This document shows, one piece after another, positions 40,172 to 52,200 of a stretch of DNA of 64,000 nt. The stretch covers positions 18,044,001-18,108,000 of the forward strand of contig NC_087437.1 of the NCBI RefSeq assembly GCF_036321535.1, read 5' to 3'. The DNA comes from Camelus dromedarius (Eukaryota). Position numbers and translations under genes: made by a program. Each line of letters begins with the position of its first letter. The stretch's first letter is position 1. Under the pieces are notes generated by a model. The model saw only the letters and a program-made list of their open reading frames with translations, ran no database searches and was not told the origin of the DNA.

Positions 40172-40442
40172 AAAGAGAACTATTATCCTCTTTGTATGGT
40201 TGTTGTGAATCTTATAGAAGATAAACATTAAAAGTGCTCAGTATAGCATCTGACACAAAGAAGGTGTTTAAAAAATTACTCTACAGCCTCATATTCATTC
40301 ATTCAACCAAAAGTTGTTAAGTATCAACTTTGTGCATGGAGATATTGCTGTTTCAAGTCCAGCTGGACACAGAAAAAAGAGAAAAAAGCCATGCTCAAGG
40401 TGTCTTTAAGATAAAGGTGGGGAATGCCAGATATTAAGCCAT

Positions 40443-40997
40443 TGTATCTTATTGTATCCAAACCCACCCTTCTATGTGCTGTTCTGTGATGCTGGCGCTG
40501 GAACTCTGGAAACCATAACTGTCCTTTACCATAAATGAATTATTCCTGTTAGGTTCTATGAATAGGAGCTCCAGAGAGAGACTGGAAGGCAAGAGGGAGA
40601 CAGGACTGGTTCCTTCCTGCTCGCCTGCTCGCTCCTATCAGGATGCTCCAGCAATGGGTCTCTCCAGGAACAGTAGATTACAGTTTCCAGCCCCCTCTAG
40701 CATTCCCAGAAACAGTCCCATCCCTGCAGAAGTGTCAGCACTATGTAGGCATGCTCTCTCCTGAGAAGAAAGAGTCCCCACTCCACGAGTCTCCTCCAAG
40801 CTTCTAGTTTCCAAAACCACTTTAACCTCTACCCTTTTGCTTTCCTAGCCTTTGAGATATGTGGCTTCTTACTTCAGTGTTCCCTTGTTCGCCTTTTTCA
40901 TCTTCCGATAACTGTTTAGCCAGTTCCCTATATTAAATCCCCTCTGTTAAAATGACTAATGTGGTTTTGTTTTTCTAACTGGACCCTCATTGACACA
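40443..40997 (+). mobile_element. ERVL-type solo LTR (LTR41-like)
   Basis: ccacccttctatgtgctgttctgtgatgctgg; 3' end tattaaatcccctctgttaaaatg...gaccctcattgacaca. Confidence 0.65.
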
Positions 40998-43098
40998 AAG
41001 GATGAGGAATGTCTAGGTGAAGAGTTGAGGAGTAAATACTGACCCAGAATCATGCTGTGCCAATAATTAGAGTTTTCCACAGCTGTTGGAGAAGTCCGGT
41101 CTGAACTCTGTTTCTAAATGTGTGTATGTCGGTAACTTAAATGGAAGACTGAGCTGATTATAGACTGTAAGGAACTAATAAAGAAATGAAAAGCTATTCC
41201 TTTCAAACTATGATCATGTTACTTTCCAGTAATAGTAATACAAATTTTGCACAATTTATATTACTGTTATAATGCTTTTGATGATACTAAATGCATTATC
41301 ATGAGCAATACTCTATCAGATACTTTGCTGTATAACAGACTACCCCAAAGGCTTTAAGCCTTAGGGCTTAAAACAGCAGCTATTTATTTCATTCATGATT
41401 CTGTGGGCTGGCAGTTTGTGCCGGGCTTAGTTGTGTGGGTCTTCTGGTGTCAGCCGAGCTCACTCATGAGTTTGCAGTTGGCTGCCAGTCACGCGGTATG
41501 CACAGAACTCCAGAATCCACAAGGGAAAGAGACTCAGAGCTCCTTTCCATTAGCTGTAGGTCTCCAAACAAGCAATAAGATTATTTGTTCTCTTTTGTCT
41601 CCAATGTGCTCTTCAGTTTTTAAATTTCTTTCTCTTTGTTTTTCTTCTTTTCCTCTTTACTTTTTATAAAAAGTAAAATGGTAGTTAACATTTATGGAGT
41701 GCTTAATATGGCCAGGTTCTCATTTGTTTTTATTTACGGGGTGCTTGGTATGATCCAAGTATTTTATTTAATCTTCAAAAGGGCCCCTCTCCAAGATTCG
41801 CAGTATTGTTATCCCCACTTTAATTGGGAGTTGTAGAGAGATTAAATCACAAGCTAATAGGTGGATGTGGATCTTACTTTTCCATTCTCTCCCCTCTACT
41901 TCTCACCCTCTCTTTTCTAAACACACCATACACACACACACAGAGTTATTTTAATACCCATTCATTTTAATGGGATTCATTTGCAGATATCAAGTCCCAG
42001 TGAGTTTATCAAGGAGGGAGTAAGCCGTCTTGGTTAAAATAACACTGTGCAGTAGGACAGAAAATAAGCTGTCACAGCAAACTCACCACCTTCAGTTTCA
42101 CAACATACAAAGGAGCCGCCCGAGTGGAGACCTGAGCCAGCCAGAAGTTGCCAAAACCTTCAGCGGGAGTCAGGTATCGGTGAATTTCACCCACCGCTCA
42201 CCTGAACCCCAGGGAGGCCCAAAACACGGGGTGGGGAAGCCAGGCGTCCTCCCTCTGGTCATTCCCCAGGCCCCTCTCTATGGTCCAGTCAACTTAGATA
42301 TTTGTCCAGAAAGTGAAGATGTTTAGTTTGCCATGACATCTTATTTTCTGTTTCACTGCACAATGCTATTTTCACCGAGGCAACCAAGCTCTCCGATAAA
42401 CTTTGAGAACATTTGAGCCAGCTTGACAGTGAAAAGACTCAGTGCACTCCGAGTTTTATATATTTATTTATTTCACTTTATTCCATGTTTAGTATGACTG
42501 AGTAACCGGTTCAATAAAAAAAAAAAAAAAAGGTCGGGTGGGAGCCCAGCGTGGATTGTATAATAAGGCAGCCCTGGTTACTGCAGACCACATCCCAACA
42601 GTTCCAATATTCCTTTCAAAGTATAGATGCTTAACACATATATTTTAAGCGTGATAGGCAACCGATATTTCATCCCAATTCATATTATGGCTCTGAATAG
42701 GTACAAGCGAGGGTGTACCTCCTCAGATAGTCCGAAAGCGCATGCCTCCGGGGACCTCCTTAACCAGGCGATGCAGAAGCAACAAGAGGAGATCACAGTA
42801 AGGGCTCAGTCCTCACTGCACAGGACCAAAACATCAAAAATCTGCAACCAGCCTCCTGTCTTAGGTATGACCACAGGAGCTAGCAGTATTTCCAGGAGGG
42901 TGCCAAGAGTCAAAGCAAGCCCACTTCACCACCTGCCGTGGGTGGTCCCCTTCGGTATCTCCCACTTCTCCACCGAGTTTTCTCAGAGCTTCTTTGGCAC
43001 TTCCTATTTCATTGAGGAGAGATTGGATTTGAATTCTATTTATCTCCCTGTCTTGCAGTCTGGGGACAGGGTAATGCAGAATTAAAAACTTGAGAATT

Positions 43099-43368
43099 TC
43101 ACAGATACAGAAAATAAACTTATGGTTACCAGCGGGGAAAGAGGGTGGGAAGGGATAAATTGGGAGTTCGAGATTTGAAGATACTAAGTACTGTATATAA
43201 TATAGATAAAAAACAAGTTTCTTCTGTAGAGAACAGGGAACTAATTCAATATCTTGTAGTAACCTATAATGAAAAAGAATATGAAAAGGAATATATGTAT
43301 GTATATGTATGACTGAAACATCAGAAATTGACACAACATTGTACACTGACTATACTTCAATTAAAAAA
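43099..43368 (+). mobile_element. 5'-truncated camelid-type L1 3' UTR
   Basis: aaacttatggttacc...gactatacttcaattaaaa; imperfect TSD aaaa(act/gcc)tgagaatt at 43084-43098 and 43369-43383. Confidence 0.9.
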
Positions 43369-43666
43369 AAAAGCCTGAGAATTGAAAAAGGCTTGAGGAG
43401 TCATTGAGCACAATTCCCATACAATGCAAAAATCCTTCTTGAATACCTAAGGTGATGGTACCCTCACGACCTCATACTTCAGCCTATGACATTGTTGAGC
43501 AGCGTCTTCCTGTGTAGAGTTTCCAGCTGTGTGATTCTATGTGAATTGTCTTCATCTTAAATATATCTTCTTACAATTTTACCCATTTGAGACCTGGAAT
43601 ACTGTCTGTTAATATTACCAGCTCCAATTTGACATGACCATTTTCTTCTGAGGTTTCCAGCACTTC

Positions 43667-44075
43667 TGTTATGGACTGACTTGTGTCCCCCCAAAATTCA
43701 TATCTGGAAATCTTAACCCCTAGTACCTCAGAATGTGACTGTATTAAGAGATAAGGCCTTTAAAGGGGTGATTAATTTAAAATGAGGTTATTAGGCTGGG
43801 CCCTAATTCAATCTGACTGATATCTTTATAAGAAGAGGAAATTTGGGCACAAAAGAAGGCACCAGCGATGTGTGTGCACAGAGGAAGGACTATATGAGGA
43901 TACAGGGAGAAAGCGGCCACCTGCAAGCCAAGGGGAGAAGCCTCAGAAGAAACGAAACCTGCTGACACCTTGATCTTGGACTTCCAGCCTGCAGGACTGT
44001 GAGAAAACAAACTTCCGTTGGTTAAGCCACCCAGTCTGTGGCGCTTAGTTGTGGCAGCCCTAGTAAACTAATACA
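43667..44075 (+). mobile_element. MLT1B-like MaLR solo LTR
   Basis: TG...CA ends and perfect 5-bp TSD ACTTC (43662-43666, 44076-44080). Confidence 0.9.
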
Positions 44076-44249
44076 ACTTCTGTGTCAGAATAAATCCAGA
44101 CCAGAGGTTCTTCTTGTTGCTTTCTTTACTCTCAGAGATGAAACCACTAAAGCAATTAAAAAGCGATCAGTTTATACCTCCCATACAATAAGACTTCCAT
44201 CATGAATGCTATGTCTAATGGATGTACATAGAGCTGAAGTCTGTCTATT

Positions 44250-44670
44250 AGTTCATTCATTCACTCATTCATTCAACAAATGGATTATTTATTCAGCGCC
44301 TGCCATTGACCAGGCCCTGCACTAGGCACTGAGACCTCAGAAATAAATTTTACTAGTCTCTTCCCCCTAAATTCACACATGAGCGCACAGCAGTATTGTA
44401 TTTTAATAAATGCCAATCTGGAGGTATGTGTAGATAAGAGGTACCATAGGGGTGAGTAGGGAGAGAGGGACAGAGCAGGGAGGTAATGAATGTGCTAAAT
44501 AATGCAAGTACAGAAGAATGACTAAGAGTTGGCCAAGGTGCAAGAGAGGGAAGAACTCTCAGATGTGTGTGGTAGGGAATAAACCCAGAAACATTAGGCA
44601 GGGCCAGATCATAGGGGCTCCTATGAGCCCTACCTGGGGACTGGATTTTATTCCCCAGGTTAGATTCTCA
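44250..44670 (-). mobile_element. L2 3' region
   Basis: ttcattcattcactcattcattcaacaaat...caggccctgcactaggcactgag. Confidence 0.7.
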
Positions 44671-45394
44671 GGAGGGGAGCTGTTGGTTTAAATTGACACT
44701 GTCACCAGCTCACATGATCTTTAAGCATCTCACTCATCCTCCATTAGCACAGGTAGCCTGGGGCATGCTTCCACAAACATATTGCTTCTATTTTCCCTCT
44801 TTTAAAAAATTTTTTCACAGTCATTGTAAAAAAAAAAAAATTAGGCAATACGGTGGTTTACAGAGATAAATATATGAAAGAGTTTTTTGTCCTCTCTCAT
44901 GACTCATTCTCTTTCAGAGGCAATTTAGGGAGCATCCTTCTAGCCCCCTTTTTATGTATCTGCCCACAAATACGTTTCTATTTACATACGATTTTGGAAT
45001 ATCTAAATGAAGTCATACTACATGACCTGCTTTTTCATGTAGCAGGAGTTTTGGAGACCTTTCCATACTAATTCTTATGGACAGCCCTCTCTTTTGTCAT
45101 CAGCATAGCATTCCCTTCTCTAGCTGTACCACAATTAAGTTAGTCATGCCTACTAGGTAGACATTTAAGTTGTTGCCAATATCTTTCCTATTAAAAATCA
45201 TAAAACAATGAATATTTTTGTGCAATTTTTATCTCTACTTTGCAGATGAGGAAACTGAAGTGTAGACAGCTTAAGTAAATCGTCAAAGTCACAGAGACAG
45301 GACATTGCAAAACCGGTAGGAATCTAGATGTGACTATTCCCAAGTTCAGAATCTTCATCTTTGCACCATACTAGCTCCACGTGTAAATGTCTTG

Positions 45395-46485
45395 CACTGC
45401 AGGATTATAGTTTTTATCAAATTTGGAAATTTTTGCATCCTTTATTTCTTCAACTATTTTAGGCCCCTCCCCCCTTTTTTCTGGGACTCAAATTCCACAT
45501 ACACCCGGCCATTTGATTTTGACCCACGATTCCAAACAGACTCTATTTTTCAATCTTTTCTCTCTGTTTCATTTTGAGTACTTTCTACTGCTATGTCTTC
45601 AAGTTCACTAATCTTTTTTCCTGCACTGTCTACTCTACTGTTAATCCCATACAGTATATTTTTCATCCCAGACATTGTATTTTTCTTCTCTAGAAATTAA
45701 TGTAGGTCTTCAAAAAAAACTTTCAGAGCTGTCCTTATCATACTTTCTACCATAGTCTTGAATGCATAAAGTATATTAATAATAGCTGTCTGAACATCTC
45801 TGTTGACTAATTCTATCATCTATGCCATTTCTGGAGCTGTTTTTATTGATTTTCCCACTTATTAGGGATTATAGTTTCCTGCTTCTTTGCACATCTGATA
45901 ATGTTTTATGAGATGTCAGACCTTGGGTTTTGTATGATGTTATATACAGGGATATTTCTGGTCTTTATGAGGGATACAGTTAAATTACTTGGAAAAAAAT
46001 TGATTTTTTCAAGGCTTGCTTTTAAGCTTCCTTCAGTGGGCTCAATACACCCTTAATCTAGAGATAATTTAACCCACCATTTAAGCAATGCCCTTCAGAG
46101 GACTTTACTATGTCTAGCATGTTAAGAGCTTTTGCCACTCTGGCTGGTGGGAACCCAAACATTCATGACCCCATGGGAGCTGTAGGAGTAGTTCTGCCTG
46201 CTCCTTTCCAGTGGTTCTTTCCCTGACTTCGGGCGGTTTCCTCACACATGTGCCCTGCTTTTAGCTGAGAACACCAGAGGCATCCTCCACCGATTTCTTG
46301 AGCTCTCTCTTTGCACAGAACTCTCCTCCCTGGTTCTTGGCCCTGAGAATTTTTGCAACCTTGGTTTCCTCAACTCGGGGAGACCCTGGACTCCAGCTTT
46401 CCCCTTCCAGGGATGGAATTTCCAAACAGTAAGCTGAGGGAATTGTAGGACTCACCTCATTGTTTCCTTTCTCTCAGGGATCATT
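45395..46485 (-). mobile_element. Old L1 5'/ORF1 region fossil
   Basis: T-rich antisense ORF1-like sequence (ctatgtcttcaagttcactaatcttttt...ctgttaatcccatacag); approximate. Confidence 0.55.
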
Positions 46486-46487
46486 GG

Positions 46488-46865
46488 CCAAACTGAGAGA
46501 CATTCTACAGAGTATCTGACCAGCACTCCTCGAAACTGTCAAGGCCTCAAAAACAAGAAAAGCACCAGAAACTGTCACACGCTAGAGAAGCCTAAGGAGA
46601 CATGGTGACTACGGCTATAATGTGGGATCCTGGATGGGATTCTGGAACAGAAAAAAAGACACTAGGTGAAAACTAAGGAAATCAGAAGAAAATATGAATT
46701 CTAGATAATAATAATGTATTAATATTGATTCATCAGTTGTGACAAATGTACTATATCATGTAAGAGGTTAACAGTAGAAGAAAAGAAGGCAGGGTTTACA
46801 GGACCCCTCTATTATTCTCTCAACTTTTCTGTAAATCTAAAATTAAAAGTTTATTTATAAAAATC
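46488..46865 (+). mobile_element. L1MC-like 3' end
   Basis: ccaaactgagagacattctacag, tgtgggatcctggatgggattctggaacagaaaa, caacttttctgtaaatctaaaatt. Confidence 0.8.
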
Positions 46866-47262
46866 AGTAATAAAGCTGATTAAATACTGCCTACTTTCTA
46901 CTACCACTATGCACCTGCAGTTCTAGCCAGTGTCAGTGGTAACAGTCTCCTCCCCACCGGGGAGCACCACCCCTCAACCCCTCACCCCACACTCCACCAG
47001 CCACCCCAATGTCAGTATAGCATCGGTCACTCTATAATCAACGCTAGCAAAGCCGCGGAAATGACTTCGGGTTCCTATCACCACCAGTCCAACGTAAACC
47101 CAAATATTCCTCATCCTCCGGGAGGGATGCACTCCGTAATCCCACACCCAGCTCACACCGGCCCATGCCAGCAACCAACCGGCCATCAACGAGCACAACT
47201 CTTCAATCTTAGTGCTGCCCATTATGATTCAGGGTAAGAATCCCTTGGGGCTGTGACACGGC

Positions 47263-47430
47263 ACCGTGGTTCTCAGCCCTGACCGCACAGCGCCATCACC
47301 TGGAGAGCTTTAGGAACTGCAGCTCCCAGCCCAGCCCGGCTGCAGCAGAGGCTCCGTGTTCGGGCCGGGCATCAGACTTCACTGAGTTCCCTGGGTGAGT
47401 TCAGCGCGCAGCCAGGGTTCAGAAACGGAC
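47263..47430. mobile_element. MER5-family fossil, unusually CpG-rich
   Basis: gtggttctcagccctgaccgcaca...atcacctggagagcttt...gttccctgggtgagttc...gcagccagggttcagaaac. Confidence 0.6.
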
Positions 47431-48076
47431 GCAAGAGCTTTTCAAGCCCTTCCTGGGAGAGAGTGATTCGGGCAGTCTGGGAGTGGGACCTGGGAACTTG
47501 TCTTTGTAACAAGCACCGCAGGAATTATTTTTTCATGCAGCGAGTTCGGGAACACTGCTTTAAAGGACCAGATGCAAAGCCATTATGTGTCACAGCCTCT
47601 GAGTGACTCCCTTTGTAGTTCTGTGCCCGCATTCATGAGTAGCTGTATCTTTTTAAAGTCCTTTAAAAAAAGAAAAGTCATAGACCATTGAACTTGCCGC
47701 ATTGGAGTAGAACTTAAAAGAAACTTGGTTATCTGGACATGTTTTAGCTTCCTGGCCACCAGAACAACCAAAGTCACTCACCCATATTTCCAGTCAACTC
47801 CTGGGGGAGAAGGTACTTTCCTAGCTGAGAACCCCTTGGCTGTTGCTTGCAGTCCAGCTCCAGCGTCTCCACCAAGCAGATACCTACTGTCAGGGACAAA
47901 AAGCTCACTGTTTCCAAAGGCAGGGCATTAGCTCTTTGGACAGCTCTGGATGAGAGAAAACTGCAAGATCTAATTTTTCCTCCTTTTAGAAGATGGGAGA
48001 CACTGTGGTCACCATGCAGTCTCCCACCAGCTCTGCACTTCTCGTTGTCCCCAAGATGGAGAAAAGTGTTCGGCAC

Positions 48077-48468
48077 TGTGTCAGTCTTCTAGGGCTGCCC
48101 TGACAAAACACCCCAGACAGAGGGGCTTAAACAACAGAAATGTATTTGCTCACAGTTCTGGAGAGTGCAAGTCCAAGATCAAGGTGGAGGCAGGCTTGTT
48201 TGGTTTCTCCTGGGGCCTCTCTCCTTGCCTTGCAGATGGCTGCCTTCTGGCTGTGTCCTCATGTGGCCTTTTCTCTATGCACAGACATCCCTAGTGTCTC
48301 TTCCTCTAATAAGGACATCAGTCTTACTGGCTTAGGACCCCATCCATATTATCTAAACTCAATTACCTCTTCACAGGCTTTATCTCCAAATAGATCCAAT
48401 TAGGGGTTAGGGCATCAATACATGCATGGGGGGAGTGGCATAAGGCATGCACTGTTCAGTCCATAACA
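48077..48468 (-). mobile_element. MLT1A/B-like MaLR solo LTR
   Basis: TG...CA ends and perfect TSD GGCAC (48072-48076, 48469-48473). Confidence 0.9.
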
Positions 48469-48762
48469 GGCACTTTCTTCCATAAGTTCCCTCAGGTGCT
48501 GGGCTGAACACGTGTGGGACAGGAGACCTGCATGCATGTAGACTAACTGACAGCCCACCTATTTGTTCAGGTCTCAGCGCTCAGGGACACTTTGGGGTTG
48601 CCCTCTCCTTGCAAGGTTCTAATTCTTATTTGCTGCCTCTAAGTCATACTATACTCATCCCAAATAGGCTTACAGTGTAATCTGGGCACCCATTTTTAGT
48701 TTAAAACAAACAGGATAGGAATATACCTTGGAATCTTATTAGCATATAGGTCCTCAATTTCT

Positions 48763-48833
48763 TGGGGTTTTTTGTTTGTTTTGTTTTGTTTTTTGTTTTG
48801 TATTTTGGAGGTACTGGGGATTGAACCCAGGTC
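48763..48833 (-). mobile_element. 5'-truncated Vic-1-like SINE
   Basis: gaggtactggggattgaacccagg (antisense B-box end) plus T-rich tail; near-TSD a(g/a)gtcct(c/t)aatttct at 48748-48762 and 48834-48848. Confidence 0.75.
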
Positions 48834-48994
48834 AAGTCCTTAATTTCTAAGTGGAATCTTTGTAATCCAATTTTGGTGATCCAAATCTCTTTTATTTTCT
48901 TGTCTTCTTTCTTCCTTTAGTTCCCTCAAACATTTTTTTTTTTTCAGAATTGTCTTCCTGAAAATGAGCATTTTATAAATCAATAATCACTCGT

Positions 48995-49195
48995 AAAAAT
49001 GGATTTAAAAAAAACAGGTTTCTTCTGTATAGCACAAGGAACTATATTCATTATCTTTTAATAGCATTTAATGAAAAAGAATATGAAAATGAATATATGT
49101 ATATATATGCATGACTGGGACATTATGCTGTACACCAGAAATTGGCTGTACTTCAATTTTAAAAAAATTTTAAAAAGAAAAAAACCTAAAAACAA
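48995..49195 (+). mobile_element. L1 3' terminal fragment
   Basis: cttctgtatagcacaaggaactatattca...tacaccagaaattgg...A-tail; aatcactc on both flanks. Confidence 0.8.
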
Positions 49196-51122
49196 AAATC
49201 ACTCTTGATGAACTCAGATATAATTCTTCCAGAAACTAATGGTGTTTGTTTATTTGTTGTTTGCTTTTGTTTGTTTTGGTGGTGAAAAGCTTAAACACAC
49301 ACATTTTGTGTTAGGTTTCCAGGTCCTTGTACTTGTTTGCTAGGCTAGAGCAGTACATATTTGAGAAACATTTGTAACAGGTTAAGTTGATAAACATAAA
49401 ATGTTCAAACAAAACAGCAAGTCACTGAATCCAAGAAGGGCAAATGATAATGTAGCCAAAAACTCTAACAAAAGAAAGGCCTTTATGCAAATGAGGGAAC
49501 CTGTTTCAGGTAATACATGGACTGGAAACTGTCCTCTTTCCACCAAAACACCCATGTGGTCTAACACAGGGCTCTGAGAAGAAGACACTTCAGGTACACA
49601 CAGGTAGAGGCCGACCTGGTAGAGAGTCATGTGCCCAGAACTTACAGGATTGGGGCAATAACATTAACAGGATAAGAACATGCACAGAGGGATTAGGAAT
49701 TCCCAAAACTACATCAGCCCTGAGACCAGGAAGCCACTCGTCTGGTCAGCATTGATCAGATGAGACAGACAACACACGATGCAGGAGCAAGGTAACCACT
49801 GAGGCAAAACCAACCAGGACAATGGCAGAGCTGGAAGCTCCACACCCGTCACCGCCACTGCCGCCGTCACAGGGAGAGAAAGGTGCGATGGGCGTGGGGA
49901 AGGGTAGCACAGGAGGACCCAGTAATTCATAATTATTTTATTTACGTGTACAGCCGACGTGAGTAGGTACATGCTCACGCTGATTGCCCCAAAACTGTGT
50001 CTTGTTCATTTCATGCTGCGCTCACAGGCCTTCTGGAGTTTTTAGTGAGAATCCCTGCATTGGAAGGACCCATCCAAAGGTTGCTGAAGGGAAGGAGCTG
50101 ATAGAAGATGGGTTGAGGGGATGGCAATTATCTACTGCATTAAAATCCGGGGTCCAGAATACAAATATTGGGGATGAAACATTTTGGCAGAAAAAGACCA
50201 AATAACGATTGTGACGAGGGGGTGGACAGCTTTATACAGACCCCAGAATACAACGTTTCGACCATCAGAATTCTCCCCAAACACCCACCCACCCATTCTC
50301 TTTTCCTCCTTCTTCCTCTGACTTTCTTTTCCCCTGCTTCCCCAAATTGACTTCTCACTCAGGAAAATCTTATAAGCACAGGCCCTGGGCTAGTCCGGGT
50401 GGGCACCGAATGTGTTTTCCCTGTGGGCTCTGGTCTGGATGAGGTTACCGCCTGCAGACAGCCCGCTCTGCCCAGGTGTTCTAACTGAGCAGGGGTCTCC
50501 CGACCCAAGGAGGGGTAATTACTCCAGCCAGAGAAGGAGAGGGGAGGGTTCCAGGCAGCTTCACGGAGGACAAATTATATGTTCAGCCCAAAGCTGTTTG
50601 ATTCAAAAGGTAAATTGGAGTTACCTGCGGTGACCCAGTGCAGAGCGCTCCTTGAAATGTCCCTCCCACTCCTCAGCTGTCAGATGGTCCCGTCTCAGAT
50701 TTATCAAAGCAGCGGGGATTAGCAGAGCCCTACACCCTCCAGTTCTCCCTCCTTCTCGCTGCTGCTTTGTTTGTCTAAACAGTCATTTTAGTGAGTGAGA
50801 AGAAAGAATGAGAGGTAATTAGTGTTTCTTGTAATATTTCGTGTTTAGTTTTGTAATCCTTCTGTCGGGTTTATTTTCATGTTAAGCAAAGGAAGTCCCA
50901 CTGGAATATTATAATCTCTTGTTAGTGTTAGCACAAAGCCCTGTTGTTTAAATTTAAAAAGAATTTCTCAAGGAAAAGAAGGCGTTCCTTGAGAGCACCA
51001 GTTTTAAGAGCGTGTCATTCTCCAGAGCTCGCCGAGCCCCACAGTGTTTTGGTTTTGGTTTTTTGTTTGTTTGCTTTGTGTGTGTGTGTGTTTTGTTTTG
51101 TTTTGTTTGTCTCACCATGTTT

Positions 51123-52200
51123 CTGTTTTTTTTTTAACATTTTTTATTGATTTATAATCATTTTACAATGTTGTGTCAAATTCCAGTGTTCAGCACATTT
51201 TTTCAGTTATTCATGGACATATACACACTCATTGTCACATTTTTTTCTCTGTGAGTTATCATAACATTTTGTGTATATTTCCCTGTGCTATACAGTGTAG
51301 TCTATTCTACAATTTTGAAATCCCAGTCTATCCCTTCCCACCCTCCTCCCCCCTGGTAACCACAAGTCTGTATTCTCTGTCTGTGAGTCTATTTCTGTCC
51401 TTTATTTAAGCTTTGTTTTTGTTTGTTTGTTTGTTTTTGTTTTTGTTTTTTAGATTCCACATATGAGCGATCTCATATGGTATTTTTCTTTCTCTTTCTG
51501 GCTTACTTCACTTAGAATGACATTCTCCAGGAGCATCCATGTTGCTGCAAATGGCATTATGTTGTCGGTTTTTATGGCTGAGTAGTATTCCATTGTATAA
51601 ATATACCACCTCTTCTTTATCCAGTCACCTGTTGATGGACATTTAGGCTGTTTCCGTGTTTTGGCTATTGTAAATAGTGCTGCTATGAACATTGGGGTGC
51701 AGGTGTCATCCTGAAGTAGATTTCCTTCTGGATACAAGCCCAGGAGTGGGATTCCTGGGTCATATGGTAAGTCTATTCCTAGTCTTTTGAGGAATCTCCA
51801 CACTGTTTTCCATAGTGGCTGCACCAAACTGCATTCCCACCAGCAGTGTAGGAGGGTTCCCCTTTCCCCACAGCCTCTCCAGCATTTGTCATTTGTGGAT
51901 TTTTGAATGACGGCCATTCTGACTGGTGTGAGGTGATACCTCATTGTAGTTTTGATTTGCATTTCTCTGATAATTAGTGATATTGAGCATTTTTTCATGT
52001 GCTTTTTGATCATTTGTATGTCTTCCTTGGAGAATTGCTTGTTTAGGTCTTCTGCCCATTTTTGAATTGGGTTGTTTATTTTTTTCTTATTGAGTCATAT
52101 GAGCTGCTTATATATTCTGGAAATCAAGCCTTTGTCGGTTTCAGTTGCAAAAATTTTCTCCCATTCCGTAGGTTTTCTTCTTGTTTTACTTCTGGTTTCC
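51123..52200 (-). mobile_element. Young 5'-truncated camelid L1 with near-intact ORF2 C-terminus
   Basis: 187-aa ORF 51450-52013 with the ORF2 cysteine-rich domain ([18 protein letters not shown]); perfect 17-bp TSD tttgtctcaccatgttt at 51106-51122 and 52201-52217. Confidence 0.95.

Noticed and set aside
42627..43346. 152-aa (+) and 161-aa (-) ORFs as protein-coding genes
   Set aside because: No recognisable domain; the first half of the minus ORF is antisense L1 3' UTR. Only the acceptor at 43059 is kept, as speculation.
51450..52013. 187-aa ORF as a host gene
   Set aside because: It is the L1 ORF2 C-terminus inside a TSD-flanked, 5'-truncated L1.
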